Shown piece by piece: positions 1 to 9,906 of a stretch of DNA of 64,000 nt; position 1 is the first letter of the stretch, and each line of letters starts with the position of its first letter. Below the pieces are notes generated by a model, which was not told the DNA's origin, did no database searches, and saw only the letters and a list, made by a program, of their open reading frames with translations. Origin of the DNA: an uncultured Gammaproteobacteria bacterium (lineage in GTDB: Bacteria; Pseudomonadota; Gammaproteobacteria; HK1); the NCBI GenBank assembly GCA_958296085.1, contig OY282433.1:2960367-3024366 (forward strand). The letters run 5' to 3'. The position numbers and the translations under genes are program-made.

Positions 1-1070
1 ATGTTCATCTTCCAGAGGTCGCCGAGCGCGTAGTCCTCCAACCACTCTTTCAGGCCGTCCCCGTCCGGTCTCGTGAAGGTGGATGCGCCTTCCTTGCGGT
101 CCACCACCACGACATTCTCGGGGTCGAGTTCACTGACGAGGTCCGCCGATTGAGTCGAGGCAATGATCTGCCTTGAATCGCTGGCGTGCTGAAGCATCTC
201 GGCCAGCAGGGTGAGCGCGCAGGGATGGAGACCCAACTCCGGCTCGTCGATGAGTACCAGCTCCGGCTGTAGCTCCACGGGCTGGAGAAGAAGGGTGGAG
301 AGGCAGATAAAGCGCAGCGTACCGTCCGACAACTGGCGTGGGCCGAGCACGGTGTCCCGGTCGTCCGCCTGGAACCACTCGAGCTCCATGCTGTCGCCGG
401 TATCGCGGCGATAGACGAAGTCTCCGAAGAAGGGGGCCGCCAGCCGCACCACCTCGACGATCTGTCGATAGTGATTGGGGTGGTGCTCGCGGAGGCGCCG
501 CAGAAACGCGCCAAGGTTGCCCGCGTCCGGCTTGAGCAAGAGGTTGTCGCGCAATCCGTGTGCCTGCCGCACCGGCGCTGTCGTGCTGGTGTCATGGAAG
601 TGGTACACGCGCCAGCCTGCGATCGCTTTCCGCAGGTACGGCGCAAACGTGTCCGATCCCGCTTCGGCGGCTGCCTCCAAGCTCGATTCGGCATGGCCGC
701 TGCCCAGAGAGTGGGTGTGTGTCTTTGAACTCCAGCCAAAAAAACGCGTCTCCTCGCTACCGAATACGAGCCGGCGGCCGGCGGGTACGAGCGAGAAACA
801 GTACGCGTTGGCGCCGAATCGGAGCTCGGTCTCGATGCGTTCGGTCCGCCTTCTGCCACCGAACATCAAGGCGTCCGGCCCGTCCTGCTCAGCCACGAAA
901 ACCTGGAGGCGACCCTCGGCCATGCGAGCGAGCATGCGGAACAGGTCGATGAAGTTGGTCTTGCCGGCGCCGTTCGGGCCGATCAGAACGTTGAGGGGAC
1001 GAGGCTCGAAGTCGTCGACCGCGCGGATCGACTTGAAGCCGCGGATGGCGACACGATCTAGCCGGGGCAC
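1..1070 (-). CDS. ABC/SMC-type P-loop ATPase (AAA_15/AAA_21-like); 3' end runs off the left edge
   Basis: Absent from the ORF track because it has no stop in the window. My reverse translation from GTG 1070-1068 (GGAGG 5 nt upstream) reads VPRLDRVAIRGFKSIRAV..LIGPNGAGKTNFIDLF (Walker A)..QLSDGTLRF (signature-like)..LVLIDEPELGLHP (Walker B)..ALGDLWKMN. The frame stays open to position 3. Confidence 0.8.
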   Translation of the reverse strand, partial: MPRLDRVAIRGFKSIRAVDDFEPRPLNVLIGPNGAGKTNFIDLFRMLARMAEGRLQVFVAEQDGPDALMFGGRRRTERIETELRFGANAYCFSLVPAGRRLVFGSEETRFFGWSSKTHTHSLGSGHAESSLEAAAEAGSDTFAPYLRKAIAGWRVYHFHDTSTTAPVRQAHGLRDNLLLKPDAGNLGAFLRRLREHHPNHYRQIVEVVRLAAPFFGDFVYRRDTGDSMELEWFQADDRDTVLGPRQLSDGTLRFICLSTLLLQPVELQPELVLIDEPELGLHPCALTLLAEMLQHASDSRQIIASTQSADLVSELDPENVVVVDRKEGASTFTRPDGDGLKEWLEDYALGDLWKMN

Positions 1071-1417
1071 GCGCTACCTCCCGAGCCGCGAACGGGCTCG
1101 TCCTTCCTACCGGGCAGATTCTCGCCTCTGCGCATCCAGGCATAAAGCGCGGTGGTGGCAGGCTCGGAGAACCGGATAACTTGATTGTCCGCTGCGACGC
1201 GCCGTGTACTGGACCTTACCCCGATCTCGTGGACGGTTGATGGCTTTCGCTCATGTTGCGCGGATGGGCGAGAGCGGGCAAGGGTAGATTCTCCTCGGTT
1301 CAGGGGGTAGGGGGACTGCCCCGAGGGTGGTTCGGGACGTCGGCCTGCGCGGTCGCGCCGGTCGTGGCGGACCCGGCTCGGCGTGCGGCGCGCTCTCCCT
1401 CCGCTTGGCGCGGGCCG

Positions 1418-2449
1418 CTACGCGGCGGGGGGCGAGGGTGGCTCCAGCTCCCACCCGGCGAGGGTGGTCAGGACGATCTTGCCGATGTGGGCGCCCGAGT
1501 CCATGAGGGCATGCGCGGCCGCCGCCTCGTGCAGCGGGAAGGTCGAGTGGATGACCGGCCGGACCTTGCCGTCCGCGATCAGCGGCCAGACCCGTTCCCG
1601 AAGGGCGTTCGCGATGGGCGTCTTCTCGGCGACGCCCCGCGGACGCAGGGTGGAGCCGGTGACCGTGAGCCGTTTCACCATGATTGCCAGCAGGTTGATC
1701 TCGCTCTTGATCCCTCGCTGGGTAGCGATCTGGACGAGCCGGCCTTCGGTCGCAAGACACCGGATGCACCGGGGGAAGTAGTCGCCCCCGACCATGTCGA
1801 GCACCACGTCGACCCCGCGCCCCGCGGTCGCGGCGGCGATGCGCGCGACGAAGTCGTCCTGCCGGTAGTCGATGCACTCGGCCGCGCCCAGGCCCTCGCA
1901 GGCCCGGCACTTTTCCGGAGAGCCGGCGGTAGCGTATACCGTGGCCCCGAACGCCCGGGCAAGCTGGATGGCGGTGGTGCCGATGCCGCTGCTCCCCCCG
2001 TGCACGAGGATGCTCTCTCCGGCCATGAGCCGCCCGCGCTCGAAGACGTTCGTCCAGACCGTGAAGCAGGTCTCCGGGAGCGCCGCCGCCTGCACGTCGC
2101 CCAGCCCCGCCGGGACGGGGAGGCAGAGCGGCGCCGCGGCCAGGCAGTACTCCGCATACCCGCCGCCCTGGACGAGGGCGCAGATCCGATCGGGCGCCCC
2201 GGCCGCCCCCGGCCCCGCCTCCACCACCTCTCCGGCGATCTCGAGCCCCGGGATGTCCGATGCACCGGGCGGCGGAGGGTAGTTGCCCTGGCGCTGCATG
2301 ACGTCGGGGCGGTTCACCCCGGCCGCCGCGACCCGCACCAGCACCTCTCCCGGGCCCGGCCGCGGCACGGGGCGCTCGACCGGGACGAGCACTTCGGGGC
2401 CTCCCGGAGCCGCGATCTCGATCGCCGTCATCTTCTCGGGGAGCGTCAT
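1418..2449 (-). CDS. qor: NAD(P)H:quinone oxidoreductase, zinc-type alcohol dehydrogenase superfamily
   Basis: The ORF 1418..2632 contains the MDR fold signature (GVNRPDVMQRQGNYPPPPG, VHGGSSGIGTTAIQLA). I trimmed the start to ATG 2449 (MTLPEKMTAIEI); the upstream extension is low-complexity. Confidence 0.85.
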   Translation of the reverse strand: MTLPEKMTAIEIAAPGGPEVLVPVERPVPRPGPGEVLVRVAAAGVNRPDVMQRQGNYPPPPGASDIPGLEIAGEVVEAGPGAAGAPDRICALVQGGGYAEYCLAAAPLCLPVPAGLGDVQAAALPETCFTVWTNVFERGRLMAGESILVHGGSSGIGTTAIQLARAFGATVYATAGSPEKCRACEGLGAAECIDYRQDDFVARIAAATAGRGVDVVLDMVGGDYFPRCIRCLATEGRLVQIATQRGIKSEINLLAIMVKRLTVTGSTLRPRGVAEKTPIANALRERVWPLIADGKVRPVIHSTFPLHEAAAAHALMDSGAHIGKIVLTTLAGWELEPPSPPAA

Positions 2450-2547
2450 GTGGGCAGGACCTCGATTCGGCGCAAACGGAACGCGACAATACCGAATCAC
2501 GACCCGCGCGGACACCCGCGGATCCCTCCCGGAACCCGAGGCATTGC

Positions 2548-3057
2548 ATGATCTACTTCGGCTACGGCTCCAACTTGCTCGCCGCCCGCATCGAGCGGCG
2601 GCTCGGCCCCTGCGAACGGCTCGGGGCGGCATCTCTGGCCGGCTACGTCCTCCGGTTTCACAAGCGCGGCGGCGACGGCTCCGGCAAGGGTGACGCGTTT
2701 CGCACCGGGGACCCGGGCGATCGTCTGTGGGGAGCGCTGTTCCGCCTGGACGAGGGGCAGCTCGCGAAGCTCGACCGCATCGAAGGGCCCGGCTACGAGC
2801 GGAGGACGGTCCAGGTCCTCCTCGGCGAGCGGGGGCTCGAAGCCGATCTCTACGCGGCGAGGCCGGAGGCCCGCGTCCCCGGTCTCCCGCCTTTCGACTG
2901 GTACAAGGAGCTGGTCCTCTCGGGCGCGCGGGAGAACCGCCTGCCGCGGGACTATCTCGACGCGATCGAGGCGGTCCCGTCGGTGGCGGACCCGGATCCG
3001 GAACGGGCGGAACGCAATCGGGCGCTCACTCCGCGGTCCGCCACGCCCGGGCGCTGA
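2548..3057 (+). CDS. gamma-glutamylcyclotransferase (AIG2/GGCT-like) family protein
   Basis: N-terminal MIYFGYGSNL motif and ~170 aa length are typical of the GGCT-like fold. Confidence 0.65.
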   Translation: MIYFGYGSNLLAARIERRLGPCERLGAASLAGYVLRFHKRGGDGSGKGDAFRTGDPGDRLWGALFRLDEGQLAKLDRIEGPGYERRTVQVLLGERGLEADLYAARPEARVPGLPPFDWYKELVLSGARENRLPRDYLDAIEAVPSVADPDPERAERNRALTPRSATPGR

Positions 3058-3559
3058 GCGCGAGGGTCGCCACCACCCCCCAAGTGAGCCCGGCGACCAC
3101 CCCCGCGTCGAGAATGCCGCGCCACGGCTGATCCAGCCGGTGCACGAGGAGGACGAGGGCGATGATGGCGACGGTCCCGAGGCAGGCCCCCATCCGCTCG
3201 CGCCGCGAGCCGCCGAAGAACCCCGCGGCGAACAGCGGCGCGAAGATCACCCGGGCCGCGGTCGGCGCCGCGCGAATGAGCATCGCCCGCTCCGCGACGC
3301 GCGGGGAGAACCGGCGCTGGAAGCCGCGGACCCCTTCCGACCAGGCCATGAACGGGATGAAGGCTCCGATCGCGGCCCAGTGGTACCAGGCGAGCGGCTC
3401 CTCGAGCGCGCGGAGGGCGATGTCCGAGAGCCGCACGATCGCCCAGCCGAGGATGCCCGCGACCCCCGTGACGGCCCAGATCGCGCCGCCGGCCCCGATG
3501 GCGCCACGGTACGAAGATCGACGGGGAGGGGCGTCCCCTGGGGAACGGCGTCCGGTCAT
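3026..3559 (-). CDS. hypothetical integral membrane protein
   Basis: The ORF 3026..3745 was trimmed to ATG 3559 (MTGRR..). It has several hydrophobic segments (IWAVTGVAGILGWAIV, WAAIGAFIPFMAW, VIFAPLFAAGFFGG, GTVAIIALVLLV). I recognise no family. Confidence 0.5.
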   Translation of the reverse strand: MTGRRSPGDAPPRRSSYRGAIGAGGAIWAVTGVAGILGWAIVRLSDIALRALEEPLAWYHWAAIGAFIPFMAWSEGVRGFQRRFSPRVAERAMLIRAAPTAARVIFAPLFAAGFFGGSRRERMGACLGTVAIIALVLLVHRLDQPWRGILDAGVVAGLTWGVVATLALSARAWRTAE

Positions 3560-3668
3560 GTTGGAACCGATGGGGTCGAGTTGAGTGTAGTATGACGCAG
3601 CCTTTTCAACGGGGGCGAAACCTGGACGGAATTCTGATGATGCCCCGCCAACGCCGAGGGGGGAGGTT

Positions 3669-4049
3669 ATGGGCGAGCTCCGATACACCGAGGACCACGA
3701 GTGGGTACGGATCGAGGACGACGGCATCGCCGTGGTCGGGATCACGGATTACGCCCAGGAGCAGCTCGGCGAGATCGTCTTCGTCGAGCTGCCCGAGGTC
3801 GGCGACGAGATCGAGCGGGGAGCGGAAGCGGCCGTCATCGAATCGGTCAAGGCCGCGAGCGAGCTGTTCGCACCGGTGTCCGGGACGGTCGCAGCGGTCA
3901 ACGACGCGCTGAACGACGAGCCGGCCCTCGTCAACGAGGACCCTGCAGGAGAGGGATGGTTCCTGCGGATCGACACGGGCGGTGACGGATCGCTGGACGG
4001 GCTCATGACCGAGGACGAGTATCTTCGCTACGTGGAGGACCTCGGCTGA
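3669..4049 (+). CDS. gcvH: glycine cleavage system protein H
   Basis: Contains YTEDHEWVR and the lipoyl-lysine motif VESVKAAS. It is 126 aa and sits directly upstream of gcvP. Confidence 0.95.
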   Translation: MGELRYTEDHEWVRIEDDGIAVVGITDYAQEQLGEIVFVELPEVGDEIERGAEAAVIESVKAASELFAPVSGTVAAVNDALNDEPALVNEDPAGEGWFLRIDTGGDGSLDGLMTEDEYLRYVEDLG

Positions 4050-6976
4050 TGGATGCGACGGGAGACGACCGGCTCGGCGACGTATCCGAGTCCCCCCCCT
4101 TCGTCCGGCGTCATATCGGCCCGGACGAGGCCGACGCGAAGGCGATGCTGGAGGTCCTCGGCTTCGCGAGCGTCGAAGAGATGATCGACGCGGCCGCCCC
4201 GGCGGTCATCCGCCACCCCCGCGATTTCGACCTGGAGCCTCCTCTCGACGAGCCCGAAGCGCACGCGCGTCTGGTCGGGCTCGCGGCCCGCAACCGGGTG
4301 ATGACCTCACTCATCGGCATGGGGTACCACGGGACGCACACCCCGGCGGTGATCCGGCGCAACGTGCTCGAGAGCCCGGCCTGGTACACCGCCTATACGC
4401 CCTACCAGTCGGAGGTGAGCCAGGGTCGGATGGAGGCGCTGCTCAACTACCAGCAGATGATCATCGACTTGACCGGCATGGAGCTCGCCAACGCGTCGCT
4501 GCTCGACGAGGCGACGGCGGCGGGGGAGGCGATGGCGATGGCGCGCCGCGTCGGAAAGAGCGAGTCGAAGCGGTTCCTGGTCGATGCGGACTGCCATCCG
4601 CAGACCATCGACGTGGTCCGCACGCGGGCGGCCCCCCTCGACCTCGAGGTGGAGGTCCGGCCGGCCCGCGATCTCGACGGGCCGTGCTTCGGCATGCTCG
4701 TCCAGTACCCGGGGTCGGGGGGCGGGATTCCGGACCTCGCGGCGGTGGTGGCGCGCGCGCGCGCGCACCGGGCCCCGGTCGCGGTCGCGGCCGATCCCCT
4801 CGCCCTCGTGATGCTGCGCTCGCCGGGGGAGCTCGGGGCCGACATCGTGGTCGGGAGCAGCCAGCGGTTCGGCGTTCCCATGGGTTGCGGCGGCCCCCAC
4901 GCCGCGTTCTTCGCGACCCGCGATGCGTATCGCCGCTCCACCCCGGGCCGCATCATCGGGGTTTCGGTGGACCGGCACGGCCAGCCCGCGTTCCGCATGG
5001 CGCTCCAGACCCGGGAGCAGCACATCCGGCGGGAGAAGGCCACGAGCAACATCTGCACCGCACAGGTCCTCCTCGCGGTCATCGCGGGGTTCTACGCGGT
5101 CTACCACGGGCCGGAGGGCCTCGCGCGCATCGCCGGCCGCGTACACCGCATGGCCCTCGTGCTCCGCGAGGGTCTCGCGCGGCTCGGCTTCGAGACCGAG
5201 AACGAGACCTTCTTCGATACCCTGACGGTGAAGGTCCCGGCCGGGGAAGGGGGCGCTCCCGGCGGCGTGGCCGGGATCCACGAACGGGCCCGGGCGCGGG
5301 GGATCAACCTGCGCGAGGTCGACGAGCGCAGGATCGGGATCTCCGTGGACGAGACCACCACCCCCCGCGTGATCGCCGAGGTGCTGGCCGGGTTCGCACC
5401 CGGCGCGGACGTACCCTCCGTCGAATCCCTCGACGCCTCGGCCCGTCCCCGTCTCTCCGCCGCGATGCTCCGCACGGACGCCATCCTCGACCACCCGGTC
5501 TTTCACCGGTACCACAGCGAGACCGAGATGCTGCGGTATCTGCGGCGGCTCGCGGCCCGCGACATCGCCCTCGATCGCTCGATGATCCCGCTCGGCTCGT
5601 GCACGATGAAGCTCAACGCCACGACCGAGATGCTTCCCGTGACGTTCGAGGGTTTCGCGGGGATTCATCCCTTCGCTCCGGCCGATCAGACCGAGGGATA
5701 CCGGCAACTCGTCCGGGACCTCGAGCTCATGCTCTGCGAGTGCACGGCGTTCGCGGGGGTGTCGTTCCAGCCCAACGCGGGGTCGCAGGGCGAGTACGCG
5801 GGGCTCCTCGTCATCCGGCGCTACCACGAGAGCCGGGGAGAGGGGGCGAGGGACGTGTGCCTCATCCCCGCCTCCGCGCATGGCACGAATCCTGCGAGCG
5901 CACGCATGGCGGGGCTCCAGGTCGTCGTGGTCGGGTGCGACAGCGAAGGCAACGTGGACGTCGAGGACCTGCGGGCCAAGGCCGAGGCGGCGGGGGACCG
6001 GCTCGCCGCGCTCATGGTGACCTACCCTTCGACGCACGGGGTCTTCGAGGCGTCCATCCGCGAGATCTGCGGCATCGTTCACGATCAGGGCGGACAGGTC
6101 TACATGGACGGGGCGAACCTGAACGCGCTGCTCGGCCTCGTGTGGCCGGCCGATCTCGGGGCGGACGTATCGCACATCAACCTGCACAAGACGTTCTGCA
6201 TCCCGCACGGCGGAGGCGGGCCGGGGATGGGCCCCATCGGGGTGCGCGCCCACCTGACGCCCTTCCTCCCCGGGCACCCGGTCGTCGAGGACGCGAACCC
6301 TTACGACCGCGGCGGCACGTCCATCGGAGCGGTATCGGCGGCCCCCTGGGGTTCGGCGGGGATCCTCCCCATCTCCTGGGCGTACATGAAGCTGATGGGC
6401 CACGAGGGGCTGCTCCAGGCGACCCGGATCGCGATCCTGAACGCGAACTACATCGCGGCCCGCCTCTCGCCCCACTATCCGATCCTCTACCGGGGGCCGG
6501 GCGGCCTGGTGGCCCACGAGTGCATCATCGACCTTCGCGAGATCAGGAAGGCGTGCGGGATCGCGGTGGACGACGTCGCGAAGCGCCTCGTCGACTACGG
6601 CTACCACGCCCCCACGATGTCGTTCCCGGTCGCCGACACCTTCATGATCGAGCCGACCGAGAGCGAGTCGAAGAGCGAGATCGACCGCTTCTGCGACGCG
6701 ATGATCGCGATCCGGGAGGAGATCCGGGCCGTGGAGGGGGGCGAGGCGGACCCCGAGGACAACGTGCTCCGCAACGCTCCGCACGCGATGTGCCTCGTGG
6801 GCGAGGACGAATGGCCCCACCCCTATTCCCGCGCCGATGCCTTCTACCCCGCCGGGTGGTGCTGGGAGGACAAGTACTGGCCCCCCGTCGGGCGGGTGGA
6901 CAACGTCTACGGGGACCGGAACCTCGTGTGCACCTGCCCGCCGATGGAGGCGTACCTCGACGAGGCGGCCGACTGA
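4049..6976 (+). CDS. gcvP: glycine dehydrogenase (decarboxylating), single-chain P protein
   Basis: 975 aa with the typical GcvP blocks ([38 protein letters not shown]). Its start overlaps the gcvH stop. Confidence 0.95.
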   Translation: MDATGDDRLGDVSESPPFVRRHIGPDEADAKAMLEVLGFASVEEMIDAAAPAVIRHPRDFDLEPPLDEPEAHARLVGLAARNRVMTSLIGMGYHGTHTPAVIRRNVLESPAWYTAYTPYQSEVSQGRMEALLNYQQMIIDLTGMELANASLLDEATAAGEAMAMARRVGKSESKRFLVDADCHPQTIDVVRTRAAPLDLEVEVRPARDLDGPCFGMLVQYPGSGGGIPDLAAVVARARAHRAPVAVAADPLALVMLRSPGELGADIVVGSSQRFGVPMGCGGPHAAFFATRDAYRRSTPGRIIGVSVDRHGQPAFRMALQTREQHIRREKATSNICTAQVLLAVIAGFYAVYHGPEGLARIAGRVHRMALVLREGLARLGFETENETFFDTLTVKVPAGEGGAPGGVAGIHERARARGINLREVDERRIGISVDETTTPRVIAEVLAGFAPGADVPSVESLDASARPRLSAAMLRTDAILDHPVFHRYHSETEMLRYLRRLAARDIALDRSMIPLGSCTMKLNATTEMLPVTFEGFAGIHPFAPADQTEGYRQLVRDLELMLCECTAFAGVSFQPNAGSQGEYAGLLVIRRYHESRGEGARDVCLIPASAHGTNPASARMAGLQVVVVGCDSEGNVDVEDLRAKAEAAGDRLAALMVTYPSTHGVFEASIREICGIVHDQGGQVYMDGANLNALLGLVWPADLGADVSHINLHKTFCIPHGGGGPGMGPIGVRAHLTPFLPGHPVVEDANPYDRGGTSIGAVSAAPWGSAGILPISWAYMKLMGHEGLLQATRIAILNANYIAARLSPHYPILYRGPGGLVAHECIIDLREIRKACGIAVDDVAKRLVDYGYHAPTMSFPVADTFMIEPTESESKSEIDRFCDAMIAIREEIRAVEGGEADPEDNVLRNAPHAMCLVGEDEWPHPYSRADAFYPAGWCWEDKYWPPVGRVDNVYGDRNLVCTCPPMEAYLDEAAD

Positions 6977-7000
6977 TCCCCGCGGCCGCCTCCGAATCCG

Positions 7001-7031
7001 GGCGGGGCCGCCCCGCCGGCCGGGTGGCCGG
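7001..7031. terminator. two adjacent GC-rich hairpins between convergent gcvP and ltaE (no U tract)
   Basis: GGCGGGG-ccg-CCCCGCC (7001-7017) is followed by CCGGCC-gggt-GGCCGG (7016-7031). Confidence 0.3.
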
Positions 7032-7043
7032 CCGGCGCCCTCC

Positions 7044-8063
7044 TCATCGGTTGCGGGCGAAGAACGCCTTGCAGCGCGCCACCGCCTCGTCGATGCCGGC
7101 CTCGTCGATGTCGAGATGGGTCACGAAGCGGACCGGGTTGCGCGATGAGATGAGGATCCCGCTGCTCCGGAAGTGCTCGCGGAGCTCGTCACGCCAGCGC
7201 TCGTCCATGTCCACGAACACCATGTTGGTGTGGACCTCCCTTCCGTCGAAGCCGAGCTCCTCGATGCCCTCGAAACCTTCCCCCAGACGCTCCGCGTTCG
7301 CGTGGTCGCCGGCGAGGCGCTCCACGTGATGTTCGAGGACGTGGAGGCCGGCGGCGGCGAGGATCCCGATCTGCCGCATCGCCCCGCCCACCATCTTCCG
7401 GAGGCGGCGAGCCTCGTCGACGAAGCCGCGGGGACCGCAGAGCATCGTCCCCGCCGGGGCGCCGAGCCCTTTGGAAAGGCACACCGAAACGGTATCGAAG
7501 TGACGGGTGATGCGGCTCGCCTCGACCCCGAGGGCCACCGCGGCGTTGAAGAGGCGGGCGCCGTCGAGATGCCTCGCGAGCCCGAGATCGCGGGCGAGGG
7601 TCTCGGCCTCGGCGAGGTAGTCGAGGGGGAGCACCCTGCCGCCCTGGGTGTTCTCGAGACAAAGGAGCCGGCTCCGCGCGTAGTGGAAGTCGTCCCCCGG
7701 CTTGATCGCCGCCCGCACCGCGTCGAGGGGCAGGGTCCCGTCCGGCGCGAAGTCGAGGGGCTGGGGCTGGATCCCGCCGAGGGCGGCCGCCCCGCCCGCT
7801 TCGGACCGGTAGCAGTGCGCCCGCTGTCCGGCGATGTACTCGTCGCCGCGCCCGCAGTGGGTGAGGAGGGCGAGCAGGTTGCCCTGGGTCCCGCTCGACA
7901 CGAAGAGCGAAGCTTCCATCCCCACCATCTCGGCCGCCCGGCGTTCAAGGGCATTGACGGTGGGATCTTCTCCGTAGACGTCGTCGCCCACCTCCGCCGC
8001 CGCCATGGCCTCGCGCATGGCCGGCGTCGGCACGGTCACCGTGTCGCTTCGAAAGTCAATCAT
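7044..8063 (-). CDS. ltaE: low-specificity L-threonine aldolase
   Basis: Starts MIDFRSDTVTVPTPAMREAM, followed by VGDDVYGEDPTVN and SVCLSKGLGAP (PLP lysine context). I trimmed the 545-aa ORF to ATG 8063 (339 aa). Confidence 0.9.
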   Translation of the reverse strand: MIDFRSDTVTVPTPAMREAMAAAEVGDDVYGEDPTVNALERRAAEMVGMEASLFVSSGTQGNLLALLTHCGRGDEYIAGQRAHCYRSEAGGAAALGGIQPQPLDFAPDGTLPLDAVRAAIKPGDDFHYARSRLLCLENTQGGRVLPLDYLAEAETLARDLGLARHLDGARLFNAAVALGVEASRITRHFDTVSVCLSKGLGAPAGTMLCGPRGFVDEARRLRKMVGGAMRQIGILAAAGLHVLEHHVERLAGDHANAERLGEGFEGIEELGFDGREVHTNMVFVDMDERWRDELREHFRSSGILISSRNPVRFVTHLDIDEAGIDEAVARCKAFFARNR

Positions 8064-8313
8064 CTGGCGTGGACCTCCCCTCCAGGTTGCCGCCGGCCCG
8101 GCCCTCGATGCGCCGAGCGGGGCCCGCGGTTCCCCGCGGGCGTCCACCCCGGCGGCGCGCGCCGTTTCGACCGCCCTGCCAGTATAAGTGGAGTCTCGGC
8201 GGTGCGAGCGTGCGCACCCGGGCCGGCCGGGTTTCCCGAGCCGCGTGAAACGGTCCCGATCCTCGTCCGCAGGGTCCGGACCGCCCGCGCCTCGGACCGC
8301 CGAGGCCCATGGT

Positions 8314-8487
8314 GCGCACGGCGGCGAGCGCGGGCCTCTTGCGCCCGCGGGGCCGTGGTGGGCCTCGGGACCTCCCCGCGGGCTGGAAGCCCGCGCTCCC
8401 AGGAAGGCGCCCCAGGAAGACGCTCTCAGGGAGACACTCCCAGGGAGGCGCTCCCAGGGAGGCGCTCGCGGGGGATGCCTCGCAGAG
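8314..8487. repeat. dispersed GC-rich intergenic repeat, copy 1 (longest)
   Basis: Shares the blocks gcgcacggcggNgagcgcgggcctcttgc(g)ccgc, ccgcgggctggaagcccgYgctcccagg(g)aag and cagggaggc..tcgcagaga with 42656-42773. It also has an internal tandem ctcccagggaggcg x2. Confidence 0.75.
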
Positions 8488-8588
8488 AACTTGGCAAATG
8501 GAAGGATCCTGGTCCCGTCGGGCGCCGATGCCGGCGCCCATGCCGGTGCGGTGACCGGCATCTCCAGCTCTGACGAAGAGGCCGATCG

Positions 8589-9845
8589 ATGAGTGCGGAC
8601 GCGAGGCGCCAGCGCGTAGTGGTGGTCGGCGCGGGAATGGTGGGTGTCTCGGCCGCCCTCTGGCTGCAGGAGTCCGGACACGAGGTCACCCTGATCGACC
8701 GCGGCCCTCCGGGCCGCGGCGCCTCGTACGGCAACGCGGGCATCTTCGCCACGTACGGGTGCATTCCGATCAACGCTCCCCGGCGGCTCATCGACGCCCC
8801 GTCCATGCTCTTCGACGCGGAAAGCCCCCTGTCGATCCGGTGGTCCTATCTCCCCCGGTTCCTGCCCTGGGCGCTGCGCTTCCTATCCGCCTGCCGGCCG
8901 GGCCGGGTACGGGCGACGGTGGAGGCGCTCGCCGCGATCCTCGCGCGGGCGGAGGACGGCTTCCTCCCCCTCGCGCGCCGGGCGGGTATCGAGTCCTTGC
9001 TCGGGCCCGCCGGTGCGCTCTACGTCTACGAGTCGGATGAGAGCTGGCGGCGCGACCGCCGGAACCGCGAGCGGCGGCGCGCCCACGGGGTCGCCTTCCG
9101 GGAGCTCGATCCGAGCGAGGTCCACGAGCTGGAGCCCGCCCTCGCCGACGTCGTGCATCGCGGGGTCTACCTCGAGGACGTGTTCCATCTCCGCAATCCC
9201 CATGCGGTCGTGGACCGTCTCGCCCGCGCATTCGTGCAGTGGGGCGGGCGCCTGCGTCACGCCGAGGTGAGGACGATCGGAAACGGCTTGCCGGGGCTGC
9301 TCGAGGTGGTGGTCGCGGGCGAACGCATCGCCGCGGACCGGGTGGTGATCGCGGCCGGCTCGTGGTCGAAGCGCCTGCTCGGGCGGCTCGCGGAGCGCAT
9401 CCCCCTCGATACCGAGCGGGGATACCACGTCGTGTTTCCGGAGGCGGCGTCCCTGTTGCGCCGGCCGGTCGCGCCCATCGAGGGCGGGTTCTTCATGACC
9501 CCGATGGAAGGGGGCCTGCGCGCGGCCGGCACGGTGGAGTTCGCGGGGCTCGATGCCCCGCCCCGCCCGGAGCGAACGCAGGCCCTGGCCGCCGCCGCCC
9601 GGCGCCTCCTCCCCGACCTCGGCGAGCCGGCCGAGAGCTGGCTCGGCTTCCGGCCGACCTTGCCGGACGCCCTGCCCGCGATCGGCCCGCTGGCGTCCGA
9701 CCCCCGCATCCTGTGCGCGTTCGGGCACCAGCACCTCGGGATGACCCTGGGCGGCATCACCGGCAAGCTCATCGCCGACCTGGTGGACGGCAGGGACCCG
9801 CCGAGCGTGGACCTCGCTCCCTTCCGGCCCGACCGCTTCGCCTGA
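8589..9845 (+). CDS. FAD-dependent oxidoreductase, D-amino-acid dehydrogenase (DadA)-like
   Basis: N-terminal Rossmann motif VVVVGAGMVGVSAALWL, 418 aa, and a DAO-family C-terminal GHQHLGMTLG. Confidence 0.8.
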   Translation: MSADARRQRVVVVGAGMVGVSAALWLQESGHEVTLIDRGPPGRGASYGNAGIFATYGCIPINAPRRLIDAPSMLFDAESPLSIRWSYLPRFLPWALRFLSACRPGRVRATVEALAAILARAEDGFLPLARRAGIESLLGPAGALYVYESDESWRRDRRNRERRRAHGVAFRELDPSEVHELEPALADVVHRGVYLEDVFHLRNPHAVVDRLARAFVQWGGRLRHAEVRTIGNGLPGLLEVVVAGERIAADRVVIAAGSWSKRLLGRLAERIPLDTERGYHVVFPEAASLLRRPVAPIEGGFFMTPMEGGLRAAGTVEFAGLDAPPRPERTQALAAAARRLLPDLGEPAESWLGFRPTLPDALPAIGPLASDPRILCAFGHQHLGMTLGGITGKLIADLVDGRDPPSVDLAPFRPDRFA

Positions 9846-9906
9846 CCCCTCTCCTCTGACCCCTTTCCTCCTCCTTCCTGCCCCCCTGCCCTCCGGCGTT
9901 CCGCGG

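Noticed and set aside
1071-1417. Possible small gene or regulatory RNA in the 350-nt region upstream of the edge ATPase.
   Set aside because: No ORF with an RBS or motif and no clear hairpin was found. I treat it as a promoter region.
3560-3668. Glycine riboswitch upstream of gcvH.
   Set aside because: I could not find the paired conserved cores (..GGAGAG..CACCGAAGGGGCAA..CUCAGGCAAAAGGAC..). Only loose resemblance is present (gccaacgccgagggg). A covariance-model scan would be needed to settle it.
4307-6820. Very long ORFs in the track that oppose or shadow real genes. Examples are 4307..6820(-), 4684..7329(+), 9257..11761(-), 10057..12132(+), 11980..14502(-), 24217..25515(-), 28546..29991(-), 50051..53593(+), 54679..56826(-) and 59177..61228(-).
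   Set aside because: Their translations are Arg/Pro/Gly/Ala-rich low-complexity strings with no motifs. Each overlaps a gene with clear family signatures in another frame or strand. This is the expected artefact of stop-codon-poor high-G+C DNA.
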